This document shows, piece by piece, positions 24,701-37,000 of a stretch of 64,000 bases of DNA. A model generated the notes under the pieces. The model saw nothing but the letters and a program-made list of their open reading frames with translations, was not told where the DNA came from and made no database searches. Source of the stretch: Squalus acanthias (lineage: Eukaryota); the NCBI GenBank assembly GCA_030390025.1, contig CM059431.1, positions 140,060,001 through 140,124,000 on the forward strand, read 5' to 3'. The first letter of the stretch is position 1. Each line of letters starts with the position of its first letter. The translations under genes and the position numbers were made by a program.

Positions 24701-25001
24701 TGACTAAGCCCCACACCGATACACCACTGACCCAGCCCCGAACCACACTGGCCAAGCCCCAAACCCCACTGACCCAACCCCACACCCCACTGACCAAGCT
24801 CCACATAGCACTGACCCAGCCCCACACCCCACTGACCCAGCTGCACACCCCACTGACCCAGAGCCACACTCCACTGACCCAGCCTTACACCCCATTGATC
24901 CAGACCTACACCCCACTGACCCAGCCCCACAGCCCACTGACCCAGCCACGCACCCCACTGAACCAGACCACACCCCACAGACCCAGCCCAGCACCCCACT
25001 G
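18772..25001. repeat. 21-bp C-rich satellite CACTGACCCAGCCCCACACCC with 27-bp variants
   Basis: Visible tandem unit (TDPAPHP / GLGQWGV translations). The diverged block CATAACGCCAGTGATGCAG recurs at 21402 and 23871, 2469 bp apart. Confidence 0.97.
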
Positions 25002-25010
25002 CCATGGAAA

Positions 25011-28000
25011 CATATATCTGGATCCTGACAGGTGTGTATGGGGTTTCTCAATGTACCATTATCCCTCCCGTTGTGTATGGGGTATCACTGTGTATCAGGA
25101 TCCTGCCAGGTGTGAATGGGGTTTAAGAGTGTACTAGGATTCTGACTTGAGTGTATGTGGTTTCACAGTGTATCAGGATCCTGCCAAGTGTGTATGGGGT
25201 TTCACTGTGTATCAGGTTACTGCCAGGTGTGAATGGGGTTTAACAGTGGACTAGGATTCTGCCAGGTGTGTGTGGGGCTTCACAGTGTATCAGGATCCTG
25301 GCAGCTGTGTATGGGATTTTACAGCCTATCAGGATGCTGCCAGGTGTGTATGGGATTACACAGTGTATCAGGATCCTGCAGGGTGTGTAGGGGTTTCACA
25401 GAGTATCATGATCCTGTCAGGTGTGTATGGGGTTTCACAGTGTATCAGGATCCTGACAGGTGTGTATGAGGATTCACAGTGTATCAGTATCCTTCCAGGT
25501 GTGCCTGGGGTTTCACAGTGCATCAGGATCCTGTCAGGTGTGTATGAAGTTTCACAGTGTATCGGGAACCTGCCAGGTGTGTATGGGGTTTCACAGTGTA
25601 TCAGGATCCTGCCAGGTGTTTCTGGGGTTTCACTGTGTATCAGGATTCTGCCAGGTGTGTATGGGGTGGCACAGTGTATCAGGATCCTGCCAGGTGTGTA
25701 TGGGGTATTGCAGTGTATCGGATTCCTGCCTGGTGTGAATGGGGTTTCAAGGTGTATCGGGATCCTGCCGGAGCTTTATGGTGTTTCACAGTGTATCTGG
25801 ATCCTTCATGTTGTGTATGGGGCTTCACTGTGTATCAGGATCCTGCCCGGCGTGTATGGGGTTTTCACAGTGTACCAGGATCCTGCCAGGTGTGTATGGG
25901 GTTTCACAGTTTATCAGGATCCTGTCAGGTGTGTATGGGGTTTCACAGTGATTCAGGATCCTTCCAGTTGTGCATGGGGTTTCACAGTGCATCAGGATCC
26001 TGTCAGCTGTGTATGAAGTTTCACAGTGTATCGGGAACGTGCCAGGTGTGTATGGGGTTTCACAGTGTATCAGGATCCTGCCAGGTGTTTCTGGGGTTTC
26101 ACTGTGTATCAGGATTCTGCCAGGTGTGTATGGGGTTGCACAGTGTATCAGGATCCTGCCAGGTTTGTATGGGGTATCGCAGTGTATCGGATTCCTGCCA
26201 GGTGTGAATGGGGTTTCAAGGTGTATCGGGATCCTGCCGGAGCTTTATGGTGTTTCACAGTGTATCTGGATCCTTCATGTTGTGTATGGGGCTTCACTGT
26301 GTATCAGGATCCTGCCCGGCGTGTATGGGGTTTTCACAGTGTACCAGGATCCTGCCAGGTGTGTATGGGGTTTCACAGTTTATCAGGATCCTGTCAGGTG
26401 TGTATGGGGTTTCACAGTGATTCAGGATCCTTCCAGTTGTGCATGGGGTTTCACAGTGTATCAGGATTCTCTCAGGTGTGTATGGGGTTTCACAGTGTAT
26501 CAGGGTCCTCCCAGGTATGTATGAGGTTTCACAGTGTATCGGGATCTGCCAGGTGTGTATGGGGTACCGCAGTGTATCGGGATCCTGCCAGGTGTGTATG
26601 GGGTTTCACCGTGTATCAGGATCCTGCCAGGTGTTTATGGGTTTTCAGAGTGTATCAGGATTCTGCCAGGTGTGTATGGGGTTTCACAGTGTATCAGGAT
26701 CCTGTCAGGTGTGTATGGGGTTTCACAGTGTATCGGGATCCTGCCAGGTTTGTATGGGGTATCGCAGTGTATCGGGATCCTGCCAGGTGTGTTTGGGGTT
26801 TCACAGTGTATCAGGATTCTGCCAGGTGTGTGTGGGGTTTCACAGTGTATCAGGATTCTGCCAGGTGTGTATGAGTTTGCACAGTGTATCAGGAACCTGC
26901 CAGGTGTGTATGTGGTTTCACAGTGGATCAGTATCATGCCAGGTGTGCATGGGGTTTCACAGTGTATCAGGACCTACCAGGTGTGCATGGGGTTTCACAG
27001 TGTATCAGGATCCTGCCGGGTGTGTATGGGGTTTACAGTGCATCAGGATCCTGCCAGTTGTCTATGGGATTTCACAGTTTAACAGGATCCTTCCAGGTGT
27101 GTATGGGGTTTCACAGTGTTTCAGGAACCTTCCAGGTGTGCCTGGGGTTTCTCAGTGTCTCAGGATCCTTCCAGTTGTTTATGGGGTTTCACAGTGTATC
27201 GGGATACTGCCAGGTGTGTACGGGGTTTCACAGTGTATCAGGATCCTGCCCGGTGTGTATGGTGTTTTATAGTGTAGCAGTATCCTGCCAGTTGTGTATG
27301 GGGTTTGACAGTGTATCAGGATCCTGCCAGGTGTGTGTGCGGTTTACAGTGCATCAGGATCCTACCAGTTGCCTATGGGATTTCACAGTGTACCTGGATC
27401 CTGCCAGGTGTGTGTGGGGTTTCACAGTTTATCAGGATCCTGTCAGGTGTGTATGGGGTTTCACAGTGATTCAGGATCCTTCCAGTTGTGCATGGGGTTT
27501 CACAGTGTATCGGGATCTGCCAGGTGTGTATGGGGTACCGCAGTGTATCGGGATCCTGCCAGGTGTGTATGGGGTTTCACCGTGTATCAGGATCCTGCCA
27601 GGTGTTTATGGGTTTTCAGAGTGTATCAGGATTCTGCCAGGTGTGTATGGGGTTTCACAGTGTATCAGGATCCTGTCAGGTGTGTATGGGGTTTCACAGT
27701 GTATCGGGATCCTGCCAGGTTTTGTATGGGGTATCGCCGTGTATCGGGATCCTGCCAGGTGTGTTTGGGGTTTCACAGTGTATCAGGATTCTGCCAGGTG
27801 TGTGTGGGGTTTCACAGTGTATCAGGATTCTGCCAGGTGTGTATGAGTTTGCACAGTGTATCAGGAACCTGCCAGGTGTGTATGTGGTTTCACCGTGTAT
27901 AAGTATCATGCCAGATGTGTATGGGGTTTCACAGTGTATCAGGATCCTGCCGGGTGTGTATGGGGTTTACAGTGCATCAGGATCCTGCCAGTTGTCTATG

Positions 28001-31000
28001 GGATTTCACAGTTTAACAGGATCCTTCCAGGTGTGTATGGGGTTTCACAGTGTTTCAGGAACCTTCCAGGTGTGCCTGGGGTTTCTCAGTGTCTCAGGAT
28101 CCTTCCAGTTGTGTATGGGGTTTCACAGTGTATCGGGATACTGCCAGGTGTGTATGGGGTTTCACAGTGTATCAGGATCCTGCCCGGTGTGTATGGTGTT
28201 TTATAGTGTAGCAGTATCCTGCCAGTTGTGTATGGGGTTTGACAGTGTATCAGGATCCTGCCAGGTGTGTGTGCGGTTTACAGTGCATCAGGATCCTACC
28301 AGTTGCCTATGGGATTTCACAGTGTACCTGGATCCTGCCAGGTGTGTGTGGGGTTTCACAGTGTATCAGGAACGTGCCATTTGTGTATGGGGTTTCACAG
28401 CGTATCAGGATCCTGCCAGGTATGTTTGTGGTTTCACAGTGTATCAGGATCTGCCAGGTGTTTATGGGGATTCACAGTGTTTCAGGATCCTGCCAGGTGT
28501 GTATGGGGTTTCACAGTGTATCGGGATCCTGCCAGGTGTGTATGGGGTATCGCAGTGTATCGCGATTCTGCCAGGTGTGTATGGGGTTTCAAAGTGTATC
28601 AGGATCCAGCCAGGTGTGTAGGGAGTTTCACAGTGTTTCAGGATCCTGCCAGGTGGGTATGGGGTTTCATAGTGTACCAATATCCTTCCAGTTGTGTAAG
28701 GGGTTTCACAGTGTATCAGGATGGTGGCAGATGTGTATGGGGTTTCACAGTGCATCAGGATCCTGCCAGATATGTTTGTGGTTTCACAGTGTATCAGGAT
28801 CGTGCCAGCTGTGTATGGGGTTTCACAGTATATCAGGATCCAACCAGGTGTGTAGGGAGTTTCACAGTGTTTCAGGATCCGGCCAGGTGTGTATGGGGTT
28901 TCACAGTGTATCAGCATCCTGTCAGGTGTGTATGAGGATTCACAGTATATCTGGATCCTGACAGGTGTGTATGGGGTTTCTCAATGTACCATTATCCCTC
29001 CCGTTGTGTATGGGGTATCACTGTATATCAGGATCCTGCCAGGTGTGAATGGGGTTTAAGAGTGTACTAGGATTCTGACTTGAGTGTATGTGGTTTCACA
29101 GTGTATCAGGATCCTGCCAAGTGTGTATGGGGTTTCACTGTGTATCAGGTTACTGCCAGGTGTGAATGGGGTTTAACAGTGGACTAGGATTCTGCCAGGT
29201 GTGTGTGGGGCTTCACAGTGTATCAGGATCCTGGCAGCTTGTATGGGATTTTACAGCCTATCAGGATGCTGCCAGGTGTGTATGGGACTACACAGTGTAT
29301 CAGGATCCTGCAGGGTGTGTAGGGGTTTCACAGAGTATCATGATCCTGTCAGGTGTGTATGGGGTTTCACAGTGTATCAGGATCCTGACAGGTGTGTATG
29401 AGGATTCACAGTGTATCAGTATCCTTCCAGGTGTGCCTGGGGTTTCACAGTGCATCAGGATCCTGTCAGGTGTGTATGAAGTTTCACAGTGTATCGGGAA
29501 CCTGCCAGGTGTGTTTGGGGTTTCACAGTGTATCAGGATCCTGCCAGGTGTTTCTGGGGTTTCACTGTGTATCAGGATTCTGCCAGGTGTGTATGGGGTG
29601 GCACAGTGTATCAGGATCCTGCCAGGTGTGTATGGGGTATTGCAGTGTATCGGATTCCTGCCTGGTGTGAATGGGGTTTCAAGGTGTATCGGGATGCTGC
29701 CGGAGCTTTATGGTGTTTCACAGTGTATCTGGATCCTTCATGTTGTGTATGGGGCTTCACTGTGTATCAGGATCCTGCCCGGCGTGTATGGGGTTTTCAC
29801 AGTGTACCAGGATCCTGCCAGGTGTGTATGGGGTTTCACAGTTTATCAGGATCCTGTCAGGTGTGTATGGGGTTTCACAGTGATTCAGGATCCTTCCAGT
29901 TGTGCATGGGGTTTCACAGTGCATCAGGATCCTGTCAGCTGTGTATGAAGTTTCACAGTGTATCGGGAACCTGCCAGGTGTGTATGGGGTTTCACAGTGT
30001 ATCAGGATCCTGCCAGGTGTTTCTGGGGTTTCACTGTGTATCAGGATTCTGCCAGGTGTGTATGGGGTTGCACAGTGTATCAGGATCCTGCCAGGTTTGT
30101 ATGGGGTATCGCAGTGTATCGGATTCCTGCCAGGTGTGAATGGGGTTTCAAGGTGTATCGGGATCCTGCCGGAGCTTTATGGTGTTTCACAGTGTATCTG
30201 GATCCTTCATGTTGTGTATGGGGCTTCACTGTGTATCAGGATCCTGCCCGGCGTGTATGGGGTTTTCACAGTGTACCAGGATCCTGCCAGGTGTGTATGG
30301 GGTTTCACAGTTTATCAGGATCCTGTCAGGTGTGTATGGGGTTTCACAGTGATTCAGGATCCTTCCAGTTGTGCATGGGGTTTCACAGTGTATCAGGATT
30401 CTCTCAGGTGTGTATGGGGTTTCACAGTGTATCAGGGTCCTCCCAGGTATGTATGGGGTTTCACAGTGTATCGGGATCTGCCAGGTGTGTATGGGGTACC
30501 GCAGTGTATCGGGATCCTGCCAGGTGTGTATGGGGTTTCACCGTGTATCAGGATCCTGCCAGGTGTTTATGGGTTTTCAGAGTGTATCAGGATTCTGCCA
30601 GTTGTGTATGGGGTTTCACAGTGTATCAGGATCCTGTCAGGTGTGTATGGGGTTTCACAGTGTATCGGGATCCTGCCAGGTTTTGTATGGGGTATCGCAG
30701 TGTATCGGGATCCTGCCAGGTGTGTTTGGGGTTTCACAGTGTATCAGGATTCTGCCAGGTGTGTGTGGGGTTTCACAGTGTATCAGGATTCTGCCAGGTG
30801 TGTATGAGTTTGCACAGTGTATCAGGAACCTGCCAGGTGTGTATGTGGTTTCACAGTGGATCAGTATCATGCCAGGTGTGCATGGGGTTTCACAGTGTAT
30901 CAGGACCTACCAGGTGTGCATGGGGTTTCACAGTGTATCAGGATCCTGCCGGGTGTGTATGGGGTTTACAGTGCATCAGGATCCTGCCAGTTGTCTATGG

Positions 31001-34000
31001 GATTTCACAGTTTAACAGGATCCTTCCAGGTGTGTATGGGGTTTCACAGTGTTTCAGGAACCTTCCAGGTGTGCCTGGGGTTTCTCAGTGTCTCAGGATC
31101 CTTCCAGTTGTGTATGGGGTTTCACAGTGTATCGGGATACTGCCAGGTGTGTATGGGGTTTCACAGTGTATCAGGATCCTGCCCGGTGTGTATGGTGTTT
31201 TATAGTGTAGCAGTATCCTGCCAGTTGTGTATGGGGTTTGACAGTGTATCAGGATCCTGCCAGGTGTGTGTGCGGTTTACAGTGCATCAGGATCCTACCA
31301 GTTGCCTATGGGATTTCACAGTGTACCTGGATCCTGCCAGGTGTGTGTGGGGTTTCACAGTGTATCAGGAACGTGCCATTTGTGTATGGGGTTTCACAGC
31401 GTATCAGGATCCTGCCAGGTATGTTTGTGGTTTCACAGTGTATCAGGATCTGCCAGGTGTTTATGGGGATTCACAGTGTTTCAGGATCCTGCCAGGTGTG
31501 TATGGGGTTTCACAGTGTATCGGGATCCTGCCAGGTGTGTATGGGGTATCGCAGTGTATCGCGATTCTGCCAGGTGTGTATGGGGTTTCAAAGTGTATCA
31601 GGATCCAGCCAGGTGTGTAGGGAGTTTCACAGTGTTTCAGGATCCTGCCAGGTGGGTATGGGGTTTCATAGTGTACCAATATCCTTCCAGTTGTGTAAGG
31701 GGTTTCACAGTGTATCAGGATGGTGGCAGATGTGTATGGGGTTTCACAGTGCATCAGGATCCTGCCAGATATGTTTGTGGTTTCACAGTGTATCAGGATC
31801 GTGCCAGCTGTGTATGGGGTTTCACAGTATATCAGGATCCAACCAGGTGTGTAGGGAGTTTCACAGTGTTTCAGGATCCGGCCAGGTGTGTATGGGGTTT
31901 CACAGTGTATCAGCATCCTGTCAGGTGTGTATGAGGATTCACAGTATATCTGGATCCTGACAGGTGTGTATGGGGTTTCTTAATGTACCATTATCCCTCC
32001 CGTTGTGTATGGGGTATCACTGTATATCAGGATCCTGCCAGGTGTGAATGGGGTTTAAGAGTGTACTAGGATTCTGACTTGAGTGTATGTGGTTTCACAG
32101 TGTATCAGGATCCTGCCAAGTGTGTATGGGGTTTCACTGTGTATCAGGTTACTGCCAGGTGTGAATGGGGTTTAACAGTGGACTAGGATTCTGCCAGGTG
32201 TGTGTGGGGCTTCACAGTGTATCAGGATCCTGGCAGCTGTGTATGGGATTTTACAGCCTATCAGGATGCTGCCAGGTGTGTATGGGATTACACAGTGTAT
32301 CAGGATCCTGCAGGGTGTGTAGGGGTTTCACAGAGTATCATGATCCTGTCAGGTGTGTATGGGGTTTCACAGTGTATCAGGATCCTGACAGGTGTGTATG
32401 AGGATTCACAGTGTATCAGTATCCTTCCAGGTGTGCCTGGGGTTTCACAGTGCATCAGGATCCTGTCAGGTGTGTATGAAGTTTCACAGTGTATCGGGAA
32501 CCTGCCAGGTGTGTATGGGGTTTCACAGTGTATCAGGATCCTGCCAGGTGTTTCTGGGGTTTCACTGTGTATCAGGATTCTGCCAGGTGTGTATGGGGTG
32601 GCACAGTGTATCAGGATCCTGCCAGGTGTGTATGGGGTATTGCAGTGTATCGGATTCCTGCCTGGTGTGAATGGGGTTTCAAGGTGTATCGGGATGCTGC
32701 CGGAGATTTATGGTGTTTCACAGTGTATCTGGATCCTTCATGTTGTGTATGGGGCTTCACTGTGTATCAGGATCCTGCCCGGCGTGTATGGGGTTTTCAC
32801 AGTGTACCAGGATCCTGCCAGGTGTGTATGGGGTTTCACAGTTTATCAGGATCCTGTCAGGTGTGTATGGGGTTTCACAGTGATTCAGGATCCTTCCAGT
32901 TGTGCATGGGGTTTCACAGTGCATCAGGATCCTGTCAGCTGTGTATGAAGTTTCACAGTGTATCGGGAACCTGCCAGGTGTGTATGGGGTTTCACAGTGT
33001 ATCAGGATCCTGCCAGGTGTTTCTGGGGTTTCACTGTGTATCAGGATTCTGCCAGGTGTGTATGGGGTTGCACAGTGTATCAGGATCCTGCCAGGTTTGT
33101 ATGGGGTATCGCAGTGTATCGGATTCCTGCCAGGTGTGAATGGGGTTTCAAGGTGTATCGGGATCCTGCCGGAGCTTTATGGTGTTTCACAGTGTATCTG
33201 GATCCTTCATGTTGTGTATGGGGCTTCACTGTGTATCAGGATCCTGCCCGGCGTGTATGGGGTTTTCACAGTGTACCAGGATCCTGCCAGGTGTGTATGG
33301 GGTTTCACAGTTTATCAGGATCCTGTCAGGTGTGTATGGGGTTTCACAGTGATTCAGGATCCTTCCAGTTGTGCATGGGGTTTCACAGTGTATCAGGATT
33401 CTCTCAGGTGTGTATGGGGTTTCACAGTGTATCAGGGTCCTCCCAGGTATGTATGGGGTTTCACAGTGTATCGGGATCTGCCAGGTGTGTATGGGGTACC
33501 GCAGTGTATCGGGATCCTGCCAGGTGTGTATGGGGTTTCACCGTGTATCAGGATCCTGCCAGGTGTTTATGGGTTTTCAGAGTGTATCAGGATTCTGCCA
33601 GGTGTGTATGGGGTTTCACAGTGTATCAGGATCCTGTCAGGTGTGTATGGGGTTTCACAGTGTATCGGGATCCTGCCAGGTTTTGTATGGGGTATCGCAG
33701 TGTATCGGGATCCTGCCAGGTGTGTTTGGGGTTTCACAGTGTATCAGGATTCTGCCAGGTGTGTGTGGGGTTTCACAGTGTATCAGGATTCTGCCAGGTG
33801 TGTATGAGTTTGCACAGTTTATCAGGAACCTGCCAGGTGTGTATGTGGTTTCACAGTGGATCAGTATCATGCCAGGTGTGCATGGGGTTTCACAGTGTAT
33901 CAGGACCTACCAGGTGTGCATGGGGTTTCACAGTGTATCAGGATCCTGCCGGGTGTGTATGGGGTTTACAGTGCATCAGGATCCTGCCAGTTGTCTATGG

Positions 34001-37000
34001 GATTTCACAGTTTAACAGGATCCTTCCAGGTGTGTATGGGGTTTCACAGTGTTTCAGGAACCTTCCAGGTGTGCCTGGGGTTTCTCAGTGTCTCAGGATC
34101 CTTCCAGTTGTGTATGGGGTTTCACAGTGTATCGGGATACTGCCAGGTGTGTATGGGGTTTCACAGTGTATCAGGATCCTGCCCGGTGTGTATGGTGTTT
34201 TATAGTGTAGCAGTATCCTGCCAGTTGTGTATGGGGTTTGACAGTGTATCAGGATCCTGCCAGGTGTGTGTGCGGTTTACAGTGCATCAGGATCCTACCA
34301 GTTGCCTATGGGATTTCACAGTGTACCTGGATCCTGCCAGGTGTGTGTGGGGTTTCACAGTGTATCAGGAACGTGCCATTTGTGTATGGGGTTTCACAGC
34401 GTATCAGGATCCTGCCAGGTATGTTTGTGGTTTCACAGTGTATCAGGATCTGCCAGGTGTTTATGGGGATTCACAGTGTTTCAGGATCCTGCCAGGTGTG
34501 TATGGGGTTTCACAGTGTATCGCGATTCTGCCAGGTGTGTATGGGGTTTCAAAGTGTATCAGGATCCAACCAGGTGTGTAGGGAGTTTCACAGTGTTTCA
34601 GGATCCTGCCAGGTGGGTATGGGGTTTCATAGTGTACCAATATCCTTCCAGTTGTGTAAGGGGTTTCACAGTGTATCATGATGGTGGCAGATGTGTATGG
34701 GGTTTCACAGTGCATCAGGATCCTGCCAGATATGTTTGTGGTTTCACAGTGTATCAGGATCGTGCCAGCTGTGTATGGGGTTTCACAGTATATCAGGATC
34801 CAACCAGGTGTGTAGGGAGTTTCACAGTGTTTCAGGATCCGGCCAGGTGTGTATGGGGTTTCACAGTGTATCAGCATCCTGTCAGGTGTGTATGAGGATT
34901 CACAGTGTATCAGTATCCTTCCAGGTGTGCCTGGGGTTTCACAGTGCATCAGGATCCTGTCAGGTGTGTATGAAGTTTCACAGTGTATCGGGAAACTGCC
35001 AGGTGTGTATGGGGTTTCACAGTGTATCAGGATTCTGCCAGGTGTGTCTGGGGTTTCACTGTGTATCAGGATGCTGCCAGGTGTGTATGGGGTATTGCAG
35101 TGTATCGGGTTCCTGCCAGGTGTGTATGGGGTTTCACGGTGTATCGGGATCCTGCCGGAGCTTTATGGTGTTTCACAGGGTATCTGGATCCTTCATGTTG
35201 TGTATGGGGCTTCACTGTGTATCACGATCCTGCCCGGCGTGTATGGGGTTTTCACAGTGTACCAGGATCCTGCCAGGTGTGTATGGGTTTTCTCAGTTTA
35301 TCAGGGTCCTGTCAGGTGTGTATGGGGTTTCACAGTGATTCAGGATCCTTCCAGATGTGTATGGGGTTTCACAGTGTACCGGGATCTGCCAGGTGTGTAT
35401 GGGGTATCGCAGTGTATCGGGATCCTGCCAGGTGTGTATGGGGTTTCACCGTGAATCAGGATCCTGCCAGGTGTTTATGGGTTTTCAGAGTGTATCAGGA
35501 TTCTGCCAGGTGTGTATGGGGTTTCACAGTGTATCAGGATCCTGTCAGGTGTGTATGGGGTTTCACAGTGTATCGGGATCCTGCCAGGTTTTGTATGGGG
35601 TATCGCAGTGTATCGGGATCCTGCCAGGTATGTTTGGGGTTTCACAGTGTATCAGGATTCTGCCAGGTATGTATGAGTTTCCACAGTGTATCAGGAACCT
35701 GCCAGGTGTGTATGGGGTTTCACAGTGCATCAGTATCATGCCAGGTGTGCATGGGGTTTCACAGTGTATCAGGACCTACCAGGTGTGCATGGGGTTTCAC
35801 AGTGTATCAGGATCCTACCATGTGTGAATGGGGTTTCACCGTGTATCATTATCATGCCAGGTGTGTATGGATTTTCACAGTCTAACAGGATCCTGCCAGC
35901 TGTGTATGGGGTTTCACAATGTATCAGGTTCCTGCCAGGTGTGTATGGATTTTCACAATGTATCAGGATCCTGCCAGGTGTGTATGGGTTTTCACAGTAA
36001 ATCAGGATGCTGCCAGATTTGTATGGGATTTCACTGTGTATCAGGATCCTGCCAGGTGCATATCGGGATTCACAGTGTATCAGGATCCTGCCAGGTGTGT
36101 ATGCGGTTTCACATTGTATCAGGAACAAGCCAGGTGTGTATGTGGTTTCACAGTGTATCAGGATCCTGCCAGGCGTGTATGGGGTTTCCAGTGCATCAGG
36201 ATCCTGCCAGGTGTCTATGGAATTTCTCAGTGTACCAGGATCCTGCCAGATGTGTATGGGGTTTCACAGTGTAACAGGATCCTTCCATGTGTGCCTGGGT
36301 TTTCACAGTGTATCTGGATCCTGTCAGATGTGTTAGAGTTTTCACAGTGTATCAAGGTGCACTCAGGTGTGTATGGTGTTTCTCATTGCATCTGGATCCT
36401 TCCTGGTGTGTATGGGGCTTCACAGTGTATCAGGATCCTGCCCGGCGTGCATGGGGTTTTCACAGTGTACCAGGATCCTGCCAGTAGTGTATGGGATTTC
36501 ACAGTGTAGAAGGATCCTGCCAGGAGTGCCTGGGGTTTCACAGTGTATCAGGATCCTGTCAGGTGTGTATGAGGATTCAAAGTGTATCAGGATCCTTCAA
36601 GGTGTGCCTGGGGTTTCACAGTGTATCAGGCTCCTGGCAGGTGTGTATGGGGTTTTACAGTGTATCAGGATTCTACCAGTTGTGTATGGGGTTGCACAGT
36701 GCATCAGGATCCTGCCAGGTGTGTATGGGGTATCGCAGTGTATCGGGATCCTGCCTGGTGTGTATGAGGTTTCACAGTGTATCGGTATCCTGCCAGATGT
36801 TTATGGCGTTTCACAGTGTATCTGGATACTTCCTGTTGTGTATGGGGCTTCACAGTGTATCAGGATCCAGCCCGACGTGTATGGGGTTTTCACAGTGTAC
36901 CAGGATCCTGCCAGGTGTGTATGGGGTTTCACAGTGTATCAGGATTCTGCCAGGTGTGTATGGGGTTGCACAGTATATCTGGATTATGCCAGGTGTGTCT

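Noticed and set aside
18966..25051. Gly/Trp/Val-rich or TDPAPHP-repeat ORFs resembling keratin-associated or mucin proteins (also 58911-63642)
   Set aside because: These are translations of a 21-bp satellite that is open in nearly all frames on both strands. There is no frame-preserving selection and no signal peptide.
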